63,498 nt of DNA from positions 1 through 63,498 of the forward strand of contig JAHLMR010000002.1 of NCBI GenBank assembly GCA_018920255.1, read 5' to 3'. Position 1 is the first letter of the stretch. Every line of letters begins with the position of its first letter. Source of the stretch: Candidatus Aenigmatarchaeota archaeon. GTDB lineage: Archaea > Aenigmatarchaeota > Aenigmatarchaeia > Aenigmatarchaeales > JAHLMR01. Of the stretch, positions 18,644-28,757 are shown piece by piece. The notes under the pieces are model-generated. The model saw only the letters and a list, made by a program, of their open reading frames with translations. It did not search any database and was not told the DNA's origin. The position numbers and the translations under genes were made by a program.

Positions 18644-19999
18644 ATGTCAGAATTAGATAAATTTTTCAATCCAAAATCAGTTGCTATTATAGGTGCAAGT
18701 CATACTCCAGGAAAGATAGGTTATGCCATATTAGAAAGCATGAAAATGTCTTTTAATGGAAAAATATATCCTATAAATCCTAATATTTCAGAAATAATGG
18801 GTTTAAAGACTTATTCTTCTGTTTTAGACATAGAAGATCAGATTGATTTAGCTATAATAGTTGTTAAATCAGAAATAGTAGCATCTGTTTTAGAAGAATG
18901 TGGAAAAAAGAAAATTAGAAACGTAATTATAATTTCAAGCGGTTTTAGTGAAATAGGAAATAAAAAAGGAGAAGATGAGCTTTTAAACATAGCAAAAAGA
19001 TATAAAATAAGAATTATTGGTCCAAATTGTATAGGAATATATAAAAGAAATTTAGATATGCTTTTTATGCCAAGAGAAAAGCTTAAAAGGCCTTTAGATG
19101 GATATTTGTCGCTTATAACCCAATCTGGCGCATTTGGCTCAGCTATATTAGATTTTTGTGCTTATAATGGCATAGGAGTATCAAAGTTTATTTCTATAGG
19201 TAATAGAATAGATGTTAATGAAATAGAACTATTAGAATATTTAAATAAAGACGTACAAACACGTGCTATTGGTATTTATTTAGAATCTACTGTTGATGGA
19301 AAAAAATTTATAGAAACAGCAAAAACAGTTGTTAAAAATAAACCAATTGTAATTTTTAAAGCAGGAAAAACAAAAAAAGGAACAGAAGCAGTAGCATCTC
19401 ATACAGGTGCTCTTGCAGGAGAATACTCATTATATCAAGCAGCATTTAAACAAGCTGGAATTATTGAAGCAAAAAACGTAGAGCAATTAATAGATTTTAC
19501 TAATATTCTTGCAAAACAACCCCCTTTACAAGATAATAAAATAGCAATAATTACTGATGGAGGAGGTTTTGGAATAGCTGCAGCTGATGCAGCAATAAAT
19601 GCCGGACTTTCTCTTCCAGAACCCTCGCCTATACTTTCAAATAAACTTAAAAATATTCTTCCACCATATGCAAGTATTAAAAATCCGATTGATTTAACAG
19701 GAGATGCAACAAGTGAAAGATATGCTAATACTTTAGATGTTATTCTTTCTAGTAAAGAATATTCTGGAGTTTTAATAATAGCCCTTTTACAAATATCAAC
19801 TCTAGATGAGTCTATTATTACTGTAATAGAAGAAGCTAAAAAATATGGTAAACCAATTTCTGTTTGTATGGCTGGGGGAGCATGGACGCATGAAAGAGCA
19901 GTAAAATTAGAATTATCTGGAATACCTGTATATCCTACACCAGAAAGAGCAGCTGAAGCTCTTGCTATTCTTATAAAAAATAAACTACCATTGTTGTAA
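18644..19999 (+). CDS. ADP-forming acetyl-CoA synthetase alpha subunit / CoA-binding protein
   Basis: KSVAIIGAS..PGKIG CoA-binding fold and ASHTGALAG phospho-His loop. Confidence 0.8.
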   Translation: MSELDKFFNPKSVAIIGASHTPGKIGYAILESMKMSFNGKIYPINPNISEIMGLKTYSSVLDIEDQIDLAIIVVKSEIVASVLEECGKKKIRNVIIISSGFSEIGNKKGEDELLNIAKRYKIRIIGPNCIGIYKRNLDMLFMPREKLKRPLDGYLSLITQSGAFGSAILDFCAYNGIGVSKFISIGNRIDVNEIELLEYLNKDVQTRAIGIYLESTVDGKKFIETAKTVVKNKPIVIFKAGKTKKGTEAVASHTGALAGEYSLYQAAFKQAGIIEAKNVEQLIDFTNILAKQPPLQDNKIAIITDGGGFGIAAADAAINAGLSLPEPSPILSNKLKNILPPYASIKNPIDLTGDATSERYANTLDVILSSKEYSGVLIIALLQISTLDESIITVIEEAKKYGKPISVCMAGGAWTHERAVKLELSGIPVYPTPERAAEALAILIKNKLPLL

Positions 20000-20036
20000 A
20001 TTAAAATAAAGTAATTTTATTTTAAAGTTATATTTT

Positions 20037-20576
20037 ATGAAAAGGAAAAATATTAAAATTAATACTGCAGATAAATTTTTTATTGAAGATATAAAAAATG
20101 AAACAAAAACAGATTTTAAAGAAAACTTAAAAGATAGTTTCAAAAAACAAAAATTTTTAATTTCTTTAATAATCTGTATTTTATGTATAGTTGCTACAGG
20201 TTTTGCAGTAAGCTTTGCTAGTGTAACAGGTTATGCAACTGTTAATAAAGCAATAAAATTAGATATAATAGGAAGTAGTAATGATTTTTCATATTCTTTA
20301 GGAAATGTTTATCAAGGTGAAGAAGTTTGGTCACCAAAAATTAAGTTAATAAATTCTGCAAATACAAATTATAAAATAAATTTTTCAGTATCTGTTGTTT
20401 CAGGAAATCCCAGTGATGTTTCTTTTGAAATTTGGGATGAAAACAAAACTTCAATTCTTACAAATCCTTATGAACTAAAAAATGGATATATTTATTTTTA
20501 TATTAAACATAAATTTTCTCAAACAGCAGAATTAGGAAATTATACATTTATTTTAGATATTGTTCCGGTGCAATGA
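20037..20576 (+). CDS. membrane-anchored hypothetical protein
   Basis: A single TM after a charged N-terminus, then a beta-rich ectodomain. No recognisable motif. Confidence 0.45.
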   Translation: MKRKNIKINTADKFFIEDIKNETKTDFKENLKDSFKKQKFLISLIICILCIVATGFAVSFASVTGYATVNKAIKLDIIGSSNDFSYSLGNVYQGEEVWSPKIKLINSANTNYKINFSVSVVSGNPSDVSFEIWDENKTSILTNPYELKNGYIYFYIKHKFSQTAELGNYTFILDIVPVQ

Positions 20577-20606
20577 TTAAATATTTTAAGTTTATTATAA
20601 CTTTTA

Positions 20607-23426
20607 ATGTCAAATTCATTTAATTTATTAAATAAAAAAATTAGTGAATTAGCAATATCTAGGTTTAAAGAACCAACATCAATACAAGAAAAAACTATTC
20701 CAAAAATTCTTCAAGGTAAAAATGTTTTAGTAATAGCTGGCACAGGCTTTGGAAAAACAGAAAGTGCAATGCTTCCAATTTTTAGCATTCAAATTGAAAA
20801 AAAATATAAACCAATTTCTATTCTTTATATAACTCCATTAAAAGCATTAAACAGAGATATGTTAGATAGGCTTTTATGGTGGTGTGAAAAGTTAGAATTA
20901 GATGCTTCTGTTAGACATGGAGATACAACAGCAAATGAAAGAAAACTTCAAACAGAATACCCGCCACATCTTTTAATATCTACTCCAGAACAACTTCAAG
21001 CCATGCTTTTAGGAAGTAAAATTAGAAATTTGATTAAAAATTTAAGATTTGTTATTATAGATGAGGTTCATGAGCTTGTAAATAATAAAAGAGGAGTTCA
21101 GTTAGCTGTTGCTTTGGAGAGATTAAAACTTATTACAGAAAATAAACCACAATTAATAGCATTATCTGCAACAATAGGAGACAAAGAAACAACTGCAAAA
21201 TTTATTTTTGGTTCTTCAAATGATTATGAAATAGTTGAGTGTTTGGATGAAAAACAAATTAAATTAACTATAGATATTATAAAAGAAAAAAAAGAAGATG
21301 CTAATTTATCAGAAAAGCTTTTTATAGGAAAATCTGTTGCTGCTAAACTAAGAGCTATACATGATTTAATAAAAAATAAACAAACATTAATTTTTACAAA
21401 TACAAGAGAGACAGCAGAAGTTCTTGCAAGTAGATTAAAAACTTTTAATGATATAAAAGTTGAAGTGCATCACAGTAGTTTAAGTAAAGAAACAAGATTA
21501 AAAACTGAAAAAGATTTTAAAGAAAGGAAATTAAATGCTGTAATCGCAACAAGTTCGCTTGAATTAGGAATAGATATAGGATCTATAGAGCAAATAATTC
21601 AATATAATTCACCCAGACAAGTAATAAAAATTTTACAAAGAATTGGAAGAGCGGGTCATTCAAAGGAAAAAATATCAGAAGGAATTATATTATCGAATGA
21701 ATCAGATGATGCTTTTGAATCCGCAGCAATAGCAAAACTTGCATTTAAAAGAAATTTAGAAAAAATAAAACCACATTTTAATTGTTTAGATATATTATGT
21801 AATCAAATAATTGGAATTATTTCAGAATATCCTGAAATAGAAAAAGAAAAAGTTTTTAATATTATAAAATCTTCTTTCCCATACTCACAAATTTCAAAAG
21901 AAACATTTGATGATTTAATAAATTTTATGAATTCTTTAGGTTATCTATTTATAAATGGAGAAAAACTTAAAAGAAAAAGAAAGGCTCTTCTTCATTATTA
22001 TTCTTCTATTTCAACAATTCCTGAATCAAAAAATTATAAGGTTATAGATACAGTTACAAATTCATTTATAGGAAATTTAGATGAAGAGTTTGTTATATCT
22101 CATTGTGAACAGGGACAAACATTTGTTCTTAAAGGTCAAACATGGAAAGTAGTTTCTGTTGAGGATGAAAAGATATTTGTTGAATACATTGAAGATATAG
22201 AATCACAAATTCCAGCATGGGAAGGAGAATTAATACCAGTTCCTCTAGAAGTTGTTTTAGAGGTTAAAAAATTACAAAAGAAAATAGAAGAAATGATAAA
22301 TCTCAAAAAATCAAAGGATGAGACAATAGATTATTTAAAAAATGAATATTTTCTATCTGAAAATGCAGCAGAATTTATTTTTAAAATAATTTCTAAAAAT
22401 TTAGAAAATGGTTTTAAATGTTCAAATAAATTTGAAATAGAGACTTTTGAAAATTTTGTTGTTTTAAATTCTCCATATGGAAATAAAATAAATGAAACTA
22501 TTTCTAAATATTTATCTGCGCTTTTATCCTCAGATTTTGGTTATACAATATTATCAAGATCAGACCCATACAGAATAATTTTTTCACACGGAATAATAAA
22601 TCAGGAAACATTTATAAATAAACTTTTATTTTATTTAAAAAACTATAGAAAAAATGATTTAGAAAATATTCTGAAGATTTCACTTCCAAGGTCAAATATG
22701 TTTAAAATGAAATTTTTACATAATTTAAAAAGATTTGGAATTGTAAAACAAGATGCACAAAACACAATAAAGTTTATTGAAAAACTTATTTCAATTTATG
22801 AAAATACTCCAGTCTACTTAGAAACTTTAAGAGAAATTTTTCATGAAAAATTTGATATTGAAAACGCAGAAAATATACTCATGGAAAATTCTAAGGAAAA
22901 AATAATTATAGTTAATAAAATAAGTGAGATAACAAAGCTTGGAATGAAAAGAGAATTAAATGAAGTAATAAAACCAGAAAGAGCAACAATGCAAATTTTA
23001 GAATTATTGAAAAAAAGATTAAACAATACAAAAGTAAAATTAGTTTGTATGAATTGTGGAAATTGGGTGGTTACAAGAAAAGTTGAAGAAATAGAAAAAG
23101 AACCAAGATGTCAAAAGTGTATATCAAGATTACTAGCAATAACAAACTATTATGATGAAAACGCACAAAAAATTATTAAAAAATGGCTTAGTGGAAAAGA
23201 GCTAAATGTTCATGAGAAAAAATTAATTGAAAAATATAGAATCTCATCAGATTTAACTATTGTTTATGGAAAATTAGCAGCATTTGTTATTGCTGCACGC
23301 GGAGTAGGTCCTGAAACAGCAAAAAGAATACTTCAAAAACCAAATTTGTCTGAAGAAGAGCTTCTTAAAAATATTCTTGCAGAGGAAAGAAACTTTGTTA
23401 AAAATAGAAGATTTTGGTCTGAATAA
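20607..23426 (+). CDS. Lhr-like large SF2 helicase
   Basis: AGTGFGKTE Walker A, DEVH box, QRIGRAGH motif VI, C-terminal CxxC...CxxC ribbon. 939 aa. Confidence 0.85.
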   Translation: MSNSFNLLNKKISELAISRFKEPTSIQEKTIPKILQGKNVLVIAGTGFGKTESAMLPIFSIQIEKKYKPISILYITPLKALNRDMLDRLLWWCEKLELDASVRHGDTTANERKLQTEYPPHLLISTPEQLQAMLLGSKIRNLIKNLRFVIIDEVHELVNNKRGVQLAVALERLKLITENKPQLIALSATIGDKETTAKFIFGSSNDYEIVECLDEKQIKLTIDIIKEKKEDANLSEKLFIGKSVAAKLRAIHDLIKNKQTLIFTNTRETAEVLASRLKTFNDIKVEVHHSSLSKETRLKTEKDFKERKLNAVIATSSLELGIDIGSIEQIIQYNSPRQVIKILQRIGRAGHSKEKISEGIILSNESDDAFESAAIAKLAFKRNLEKIKPHFNCLDILCNQIIGIISEYPEIEKEKVFNIIKSSFPYSQISKETFDDLINFMNSLGYLFINGEKLKRKRKALLHYYSSISTIPESKNYKVIDTVTNSFIGNLDEEFVISHCEQGQTFVLKGQTWKVVSVEDEKIFVEYIEDIESQIPAWEGELIPVPLEVVLEVKKLQKKIEEMINLKKSKDETIDYLKNEYFLSENAAEFIFKIISKNLENGFKCSNKFEIETFENFVVLNSPYGNKINETISKYLSALLSSDFGYTILSRSDPYRIIFSHGIINQETFINKLLFYLKNYRKNDLENILKISLPRSNMFKMKFLHNLKRFGIVKQDAQNTIKFIEKLISIYENTPVYLETLREIFHEKFDIENAENILMENSKEKIIIVNKISEITKLGMKRELNEVIKPERATMQILELLKKRLNNTKVKLVCMNCGNWVVTRKVEEIEKEPRCQKCISRLLAITNYYDENAQKIIKKWLSGKELNVHEKKLIEKYRISSDLTIVYGKLAAFVIAARGVGPETAKRILQKPNLSEEELLKNILAEERNFVKNRRFWSE

Positions 23427-23461
23427 TTTATTTTTAAATTATTTGATATTTAATTAAGAAT

Positions 23462-25906
23462 ATGGAAAAACACAATAATATTGAGAAAATAAAAGTTTTT
23501 ATATTAGATGCAGATAGCTATGAAGATAATGAAAAATCAATAGTAAGAATTTATTGTAAAGATGAAAATGGAAATAAAATAGTTTTTTTAGACGAATCAT
23601 ACATTCCTTATTTTTATATCTTACCAGAAAAAGGAAAAGAAGAACTTATTAAAAAAAGAGTTTTAGCTCTTAAAAAACTTGGAGTTATAAATTGTGAAAT
23701 AGAAGAAAAAAATTTTAATTTAGAAAAAAGAAAATTTATAAAAGTTTTCTGTAAAAAGCATTCTGATATTATAAAGATAAGATCAATTGTTAAAATGTGG
23801 GAAAGAAGTCGTGGTGGCTCAGGAGTAATAGATGAATATGAATATACAATACCTTTACATAAAAAATATTTATTAGATAAAAATCTTTCTAGTTTTAAAT
23901 TTGCAGAAGTAGAGTATTATAAAATTTTAAATAAAGACTATAGAGTTGATTTTGTTGGTATTGTTAAATCAATAAAACCAATTGATTGTTTTGATATTCC
24001 AAAAATTGATATGTTGGCTTTTGATATTGAGAATGTTGAAGAAAATGGAAAACAAAAAATAATAGCATTATCTCTTTATAGTCCTAATTTTAAAAAAGTT
24101 TTAATTTATAAAAAGGATAATTATCCTAAAAATCTTTGTGTTGAAGTTGTAAAAGATGAAAAAGAGCTTTTAGAAAAATTTGTAGATTATTTGAAAAAAA
24201 TTAATCCAGATATTCTTTTAGGTTTTATGACAGATGAGCATGATTTTAAAATAATTCAAAAAAGAGCAAGCGAGTTAAAAGTTAATTTAGATATAGCAAA
24301 GGATAAAAACAAATTAAAATTTATTAGAAGGAAAAGAGTAAGTAGTGCAAAAATTTTTGGATTAGTTCATGTTGATATCTTTTCTCATATTTTAAATATA
24401 CTTGCATCAAAGCTTCAAACAGAAGTTTTAAATTTAGAAAGCATTTCTTCAGAAATTTTAGGAGACAGTAAAATTGAAATGGAATTTGAAGAGATAGTAT
24501 CTTCATGGAGAAAAGAAAAAAATTTATCAAAGCTTGCAGAATATTGTTTAAAAGACTCTGAATTAGTATATAGATTATCTGAATTTTTATTACCACAAAT
24601 CTTTGAGTTATGTAGATTAACAAATCAGCTTTTGTTTGATGTTTCAAGAATGACGTATGGACAATTAGCAGAAGCATATTTAATGAAATATGTAAATGAA
24701 AAAAATACAATAATTTTAAATCAACCAAAATTCGATGAAATTTTAGAAAGACAAAAAAGACCTGTTTATGTTGGAGGTTATGTAAAGGAGCCAATTTCAG
24801 GAATTCATGAAAATTTAGCTGTTTTAGATTTTAGATCTTTATATCCATCAATAATTGCAACATTTAACATAAGTCCAGAAACGCTTAATCATTGTAGTGA
24901 AAAAGAAAGTTTTATTGTACCAGAATTAAATTATAAATTTTGTAAAAATCATAAAGGTTTTATTTCTAGTGCAATTGAAAATCTTATTTTTAAAAGAATA
25001 GAAATAAAAAAGAAACTATTAAATACAAAATCAGAAATAGAAAAAAATATTTTAGATAATATGCAACAGGCAATTAAAACTGTAACAAATGCAATGTATG
25101 GAATGATGGCATTTTCTGGGGCAAGATGGTATTGTGCTGATTGTGCTGCTTCTGCTGCTGCATATGGAAGATATTACATAAAAGAAATGATTAAAATTGC
25201 TGAAAAAAATGGTTTTACTGTTTTATATGCTGATACTGATTCTATGTTTATAGAGACAAAGGGAAATATAAAAAAAGAAACAAATAAACTAATTAAACTA
25301 TGTAATTCTACCCTTCCAGGTTTATTGAAAATTGAACTTCAAGAATTTTATAAGCGAGGAATTTTCATGCCCCGTGAAACAGGAATTGGTGTAGCAAAGA
25401 AAAGATATGCTCTTTTAGATGAAAAAGGAAATCTTGTAATTCGTGGTTTAGAACGGGTGAGGGCCGATTGGTGTAGATTAGCGAGAAATACTCAAGAACG
25501 TGTTATAGAAGCTATTCTTAAAAAGAAAAGTTTAGATTTAGCTATAAATGAAATAAAAAAAGCAATAGAATCGTTGAAAAATAAAAAAGTTAATATTAAA
25601 GATCTTGCAATTTTTGAGCAATTATCAAAACCATTATCTGAATATAAAGTTAAAAGTCCGCATATATCTGCTGCAAGAAAAATAATAGAACGTGGAAGAC
25701 AAGTTGGTGAAGGAAGTGTAATAATTTATGTAATTACGAAAAAAGGAGAAAGTATAGCAGATAAAGCAGAACCAATAGAAGATGTTACAATAAATGATAT
25801 TGATATAGATTATTATATTAAAAAACAAATTATACCACCATCTTTAAGAGTTTTAATAGCACTAGGAATTTCAGAAGAAAAATTATATAAAATTCTTGGT
25901 GTTTAG
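23462..25906 (+). CDS. polB: family B DNA polymerase
   Basis: ExoI FDIE, SLYPSII, KTVTNAMYG, YADTDS motifs. No intein-sized insert. Confidence 0.95.
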   Translation: MEKHNNIEKIKVFILDADSYEDNEKSIVRIYCKDENGNKIVFLDESYIPYFYILPEKGKEELIKKRVLALKKLGVINCEIEEKNFNLEKRKFIKVFCKKHSDIIKIRSIVKMWERSRGGSGVIDEYEYTIPLHKKYLLDKNLSSFKFAEVEYYKILNKDYRVDFVGIVKSIKPIDCFDIPKIDMLAFDIENVEENGKQKIIALSLYSPNFKKVLIYKKDNYPKNLCVEVVKDEKELLEKFVDYLKKINPDILLGFMTDEHDFKIIQKRASELKVNLDIAKDKNKLKFIRRKRVSSAKIFGLVHVDIFSHILNILASKLQTEVLNLESISSEILGDSKIEMEFEEIVSSWRKEKNLSKLAEYCLKDSELVYRLSEFLLPQIFELCRLTNQLLFDVSRMTYGQLAEAYLMKYVNEKNTIILNQPKFDEILERQKRPVYVGGYVKEPISGIHENLAVLDFRSLYPSIIATFNISPETLNHCSEKESFIVPELNYKFCKNHKGFISSAIENLIFKRIEIKKKLLNTKSEIEKNILDNMQQAIKTVTNAMYGMMAFSGARWYCADCAASAAAYGRYYIKEMIKIAEKNGFTVLYADTDSMFIETKGNIKKETNKLIKLCNSTLPGLLKIELQEFYKRGIFMPRETGIGVAKKRYALLDEKGNLVIRGLERVRADWCRLARNTQERVIEAILKKKSLDLAINEIKKAIESLKNKKVNIKDLAIFEQLSKPLSEYKVKSPHISAARKIIERGRQVGEGSVIIYVITKKGESIADKAEPIEDVTINDIDIDYYIKKQIIPPSLRVLIALGISEEKLYKILGV

Positions 25907-26804
25907 TTTGGAAATAGATGAAATAAAAGAAAAATATATAGAGTCTGGAAAGATTGCAGCAAAAGTAAGAAATTTTGGTTTAAAATTAATTAAACCAGGT
26001 GTTAAATTAGTTGAAATAGCAGAAGCAATTGAAAGTGAAATAATTAATAATGGTGCACTTCCAGCATTTCCTGTAAATATTTCTCTAAATTCGATTGCAG
26101 CACACTACACTCCAAGTTTGGATGATAAAACAATTATTTCTGAAAATGATTATGTAAAATTAGATATAGGAGTTCATGTTGATGGATATATTGCAGATAC
26201 AGCAGTTACAATTAAACCAAGTGGAAAAGATAAGTTAATAGAGTGTGTTGAAAAAATTCTTGAAGAAAGTATTAAAATAATTAAACCTGGTGTTTTAATT
26301 TCAGAAATTGGAAATATAGCGGAATCAATTGCAGAAAAATATGGATATAATATTGTAAGAAATTTAACTGGACACTGCTTAGAAAGATATAATTTACATA
26401 CAGGATTTACTATTCCAAATATAAGAAATAATTCTACCCATGTTTTTGAAACTGGAAAAGCATATGCTATTGAACCATTTTGCACTTCTGGTAAAGGATA
26501 TATAAAAGATAGCTCTGAACTTTTAATATTTTGTTGGAAAAAAAATACAGCAACAAGACTTTATGAAGCTAGAAAAATTTTAGAGTTATCAAAGGAAAAA
26601 TATAAAGGACTTCCATTCGCAAAAAGATGGTTAGAAAAAGATTTAAAAATAAACAAATTTTTAATTGAAACATCTTTAAGACAATTAATTTCTTCTGGTG
26701 CACTTCATCCATATTATGTTTTAAAAGAAATTTCAAATTCTTCTGTTGTTCAAGCAGAACACACTGTTTTTGTTGAAGAAAAACCAATAATAATAACTTT
26801 ATAA
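25896..26804 (+). CDS. map: methionine aminopeptidase, type 2
   Basis: Pita-bread fold motifs (AAHYTP, DIGVHVDGYIAD, VQAEHTV). Non-ATG start (TTG/GTG at 25896-25908) overlaps the polB stop. Confidence 0.9.
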   Translation: MVFSLEIDEIKEKYIESGKIAAKVRNFGLKLIKPGVKLVEIAEAIESEIINNGALPAFPVNISLNSIAAHYTPSLDDKTIISENDYVKLDIGVHVDGYIADTAVTIKPSGKDKLIECVEKILEESIKIIKPGVLISEIGNIAESIAEKYGYNIVRNLTGHCLERYNLHTGFTIPNIRNNSTHVFETGKAYAIEPFCTSGKGYIKDSSELLIFCWKKNTATRLYEARKILELSKEKYKGLPFAKRWLEKDLKINKFLIETSLRQLISSGALHPYYVLKEISNSSVVQAEHTVFVEEKPIIITL

Positions 26805-26827
26805 ATATATTTTAATAAAATATTTTT

Positions 26828-27046
26828 ATGCCAAGAAAAAGATCAATTATAGCAGCAGCCGCTATAGCAGAATTAATAAAACAAGCTGGTGCAGAAAGAG
26901 TAAGCGATGATGCAGCAAAAGCATTATCAGAAATTTTAACTGAAATTGGTATTAAAATTTCTAAAGATGCAATAAAATTTGCAAATCATGCTAAAAGAAA
27001 AACAATTCGTAGAGAGGATATTGAACTTGCAAGAAGAGGTATATAA
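26828..27046 (+). CDS. archaeal histone (HMf-type histone fold)
   Basis: AAIAELIKQAGAERVSDDAAKAL...AKRKTIRREDIELA, 72 aa. Confidence 0.85.
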   Translation: MPRKRSIIAAAAIAELIKQAGAERVSDDAAKALSEILTEIGIKISKDAIKFANHAKRKTIRREDIELARRGI

Positions 27047-27313
27047 ATGACAGAAGAAAAATCATATAAAAAATTAAAAATTATAACAATTATTTTATCG
27101 GTTTTTTTACTTATATCTATAAGTTATATAATTTTAGATAAATATTTTCAAGTCCAGCAAAGAGAGCAATTTATTGCTTATCAACAAGGATATAATGAAG
27201 GATATGCACAAGCAATAATACAAATAGTACAACAAGCATCAACTTGTCAGCAAGTGCCATTAATTGTTGGAAATAGTACTATGAATATAATTGCTGTTAA
27301 TTGTTTAAAATAA
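27047..27313 (+). CDS. small membrane-anchored protein
   Basis: The ATG directly abuts the histone stop codon. One TM. Q-rich ectodomain with 2 Cys. Confidence 0.45.
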   Translation: MTEEKSYKKLKIITIILSVFLLISISYIILDKYFQVQQREQFIAYQQGYNEGYAQAIIQIVQQASTCQQVPLIVGNSTMNIIAVNCLK

Positions 27314-27325
27314 GGAGGTCTTATT

Positions 27326-27529
27326 ATGAAGCATATTTTACTATTAATTTTATTGATAATAGTATTTGTAAGTGCTTGTATACAACAAGGACAAAATACA
27401 AATCAAACAACAATGCAAGGTATTTCTGAAAATGAATTAAATGAAATAAATAATGAATTAAATGAGAATGAAGAGTTTTTAAATGAAGCAATGAATACAG
27501 AATTTGATATGGAGGTGAATTTAACATGA
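27326..27529 (+). CDS. small lipoprotein-like exported protein
   Basis: AAGGAGG SD. Signal peptide ending in the lipobox-like FVSAC. N/E-rich mature part. Confidence 0.45.
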   Translation: MKHILLLILLIIVFVSACIQQGQNTNQTTMQGISENELNEINNELNENEEFLNEAMNTEFDMEVNLT

Positions 27530-28320
27530 AAATATTAATGCTATGTATTAGCATTTTAATAATATTATCATTTATTTCATTTACAACTTATGCTTTATCT
27601 TATATAGAAGCAAAAACAAAATTTATTGATGCAAAAAATACATATGAACAAGCAAAAAATCAATATATTTTAGCAAAGCAAAATTATACACAACTAAGAA
27701 GTATTGAAAGAAAAAATATTGCATTACAAAAAGGAAAACAATTTATTATAAATTCTCTTGAAAGAATGATTGCTCATTTAGAGCTTATAAAATCAAAGGT
27801 AGAATCAAACAATGCATTATCAGATTCTGAAAAACAAGAAATTATATCATATATAGAAGATGACTTAAATTTTTTTAAAGAAAAAATTAAAGAAGTAAAT
27901 TCAACATTAACAATCCAAGAGCTAAATAGATATTCATATGAAATTAAAAATAGATGGACTGAAGCAAGAAGAGGAATTAGTAGAGCAGTTGGAAAATTTG
28001 AATTATTATCTATTGAAGGAATTATAAAAAAAGAAAATACAATTTCAGAAAAAATAGAAAAAATAATTGAAAATTTAAAAGCAAACGGAACAGATACATC
28101 TCAAATAGAGACCCTTTTTTCAGAATTTAAAGGAAATATTTCAGCAGTAGTAGATTATCTTAATTTAGCAAAAGAGCAACATAATCTTCTTATAAATGCA
28201 AGCAAAGAAGATAAAGAACAAATAATCAATAACTATCTATCTTATCTACATTCAGCACACGATGCACTAAAAAATGCAAACCAAGCTTTAAAAGAAATTT
28301 TTAAATTTTTAAATAAATAA
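27526..28320 (+). CDS. exported coiled-coil protein
   Basis: ATGA overlap with the previous gene. Signal/anchor helix, then a long heptad-like helical sequence. Confidence 0.45.
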   Translation: MKILMLCISILIILSFISFTTYALSYIEAKTKFIDAKNTYEQAKNQYILAKQNYTQLRSIERKNIALQKGKQFIINSLERMIAHLELIKSKVESNNALSDSEKQEIISYIEDDLNFFKEKIKEVNSTLTIQELNRYSYEIKNRWTEARRGISRAVGKFELLSIEGIIKKENTISEKIEKIIENLKANGTDTSQIETLFSEFKGNISAVVDYLNLAKEQHNLLINASKEDKEQIINNYLSYLHSAHDALKNANQALKEIFKFLNK

Positions 28321-28350
28321 TTTTCTTTTTCTCCTTTTCTTAAAAGTAAG

Positions 28351-28380
28351 CTTTAAATAGTTTACTACATATGTAGTAAA
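28351..28380 (+). promoter_or_regulatory. TATA-like box (CTTTAAATA) followed by a perfect 20-bp palindrome TTTACTACATATGTAGTAAA
   Basis: The palindrome (28361-28380) ends 2 nt before the ATG at 28383. The TATA-to-ATG spacing fits a leaderless mRNA. Confidence 0.45.
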
Positions 28381-28382
28381 AT

Positions 28383-28745
28383 ATGAGCTATATAAAAATA
28401 AAGAAATCAAGGCAAGGAACAGCGATTATAATAAGTTTCGATATTAAAACTGAAAAATTTTCATCTCCATCAGAAAAAAGTAAATTTTTTGAGGAACTTT
28501 ACGGAAGAAGACAAATAATTAAAAAAGAAAATAAAGTTTATGAATATTATAGAAAAGGACTTTTAGATGAGATTAATCATTTACGTGTTACAAATTCAGT
28601 ATTTATAACATTAGAAGAACATATGAAAAAAATAGAAGAGTTTTTTAAAGAATGGGAAAATAAAGTTATAGTAAAGTCATTCCCAGTATTACTATCAGAT
28701 AAAGAATTTAAATTACTTGAACCAAAGAAAAAACATTATGATTAA
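28383..28745 (+). CDS. hypothetical protein (120 aa)
   Basis: Long ORF with a good promoter context. No confident family assignment. Confidence 0.55.
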   Translation: MSYIKIKKSRQGTAIIISFDIKTEKFSSPSEKSKFFEELYGRRQIIKKENKVYEYYRKGLLDEINHLRVTNSVFITLEEHMKKIEEFFKEWENKVIVKSFPVLLSDKEFKLLEPKKKHYD

Positions 28746-28757
28746 AGAGGTGATTTT

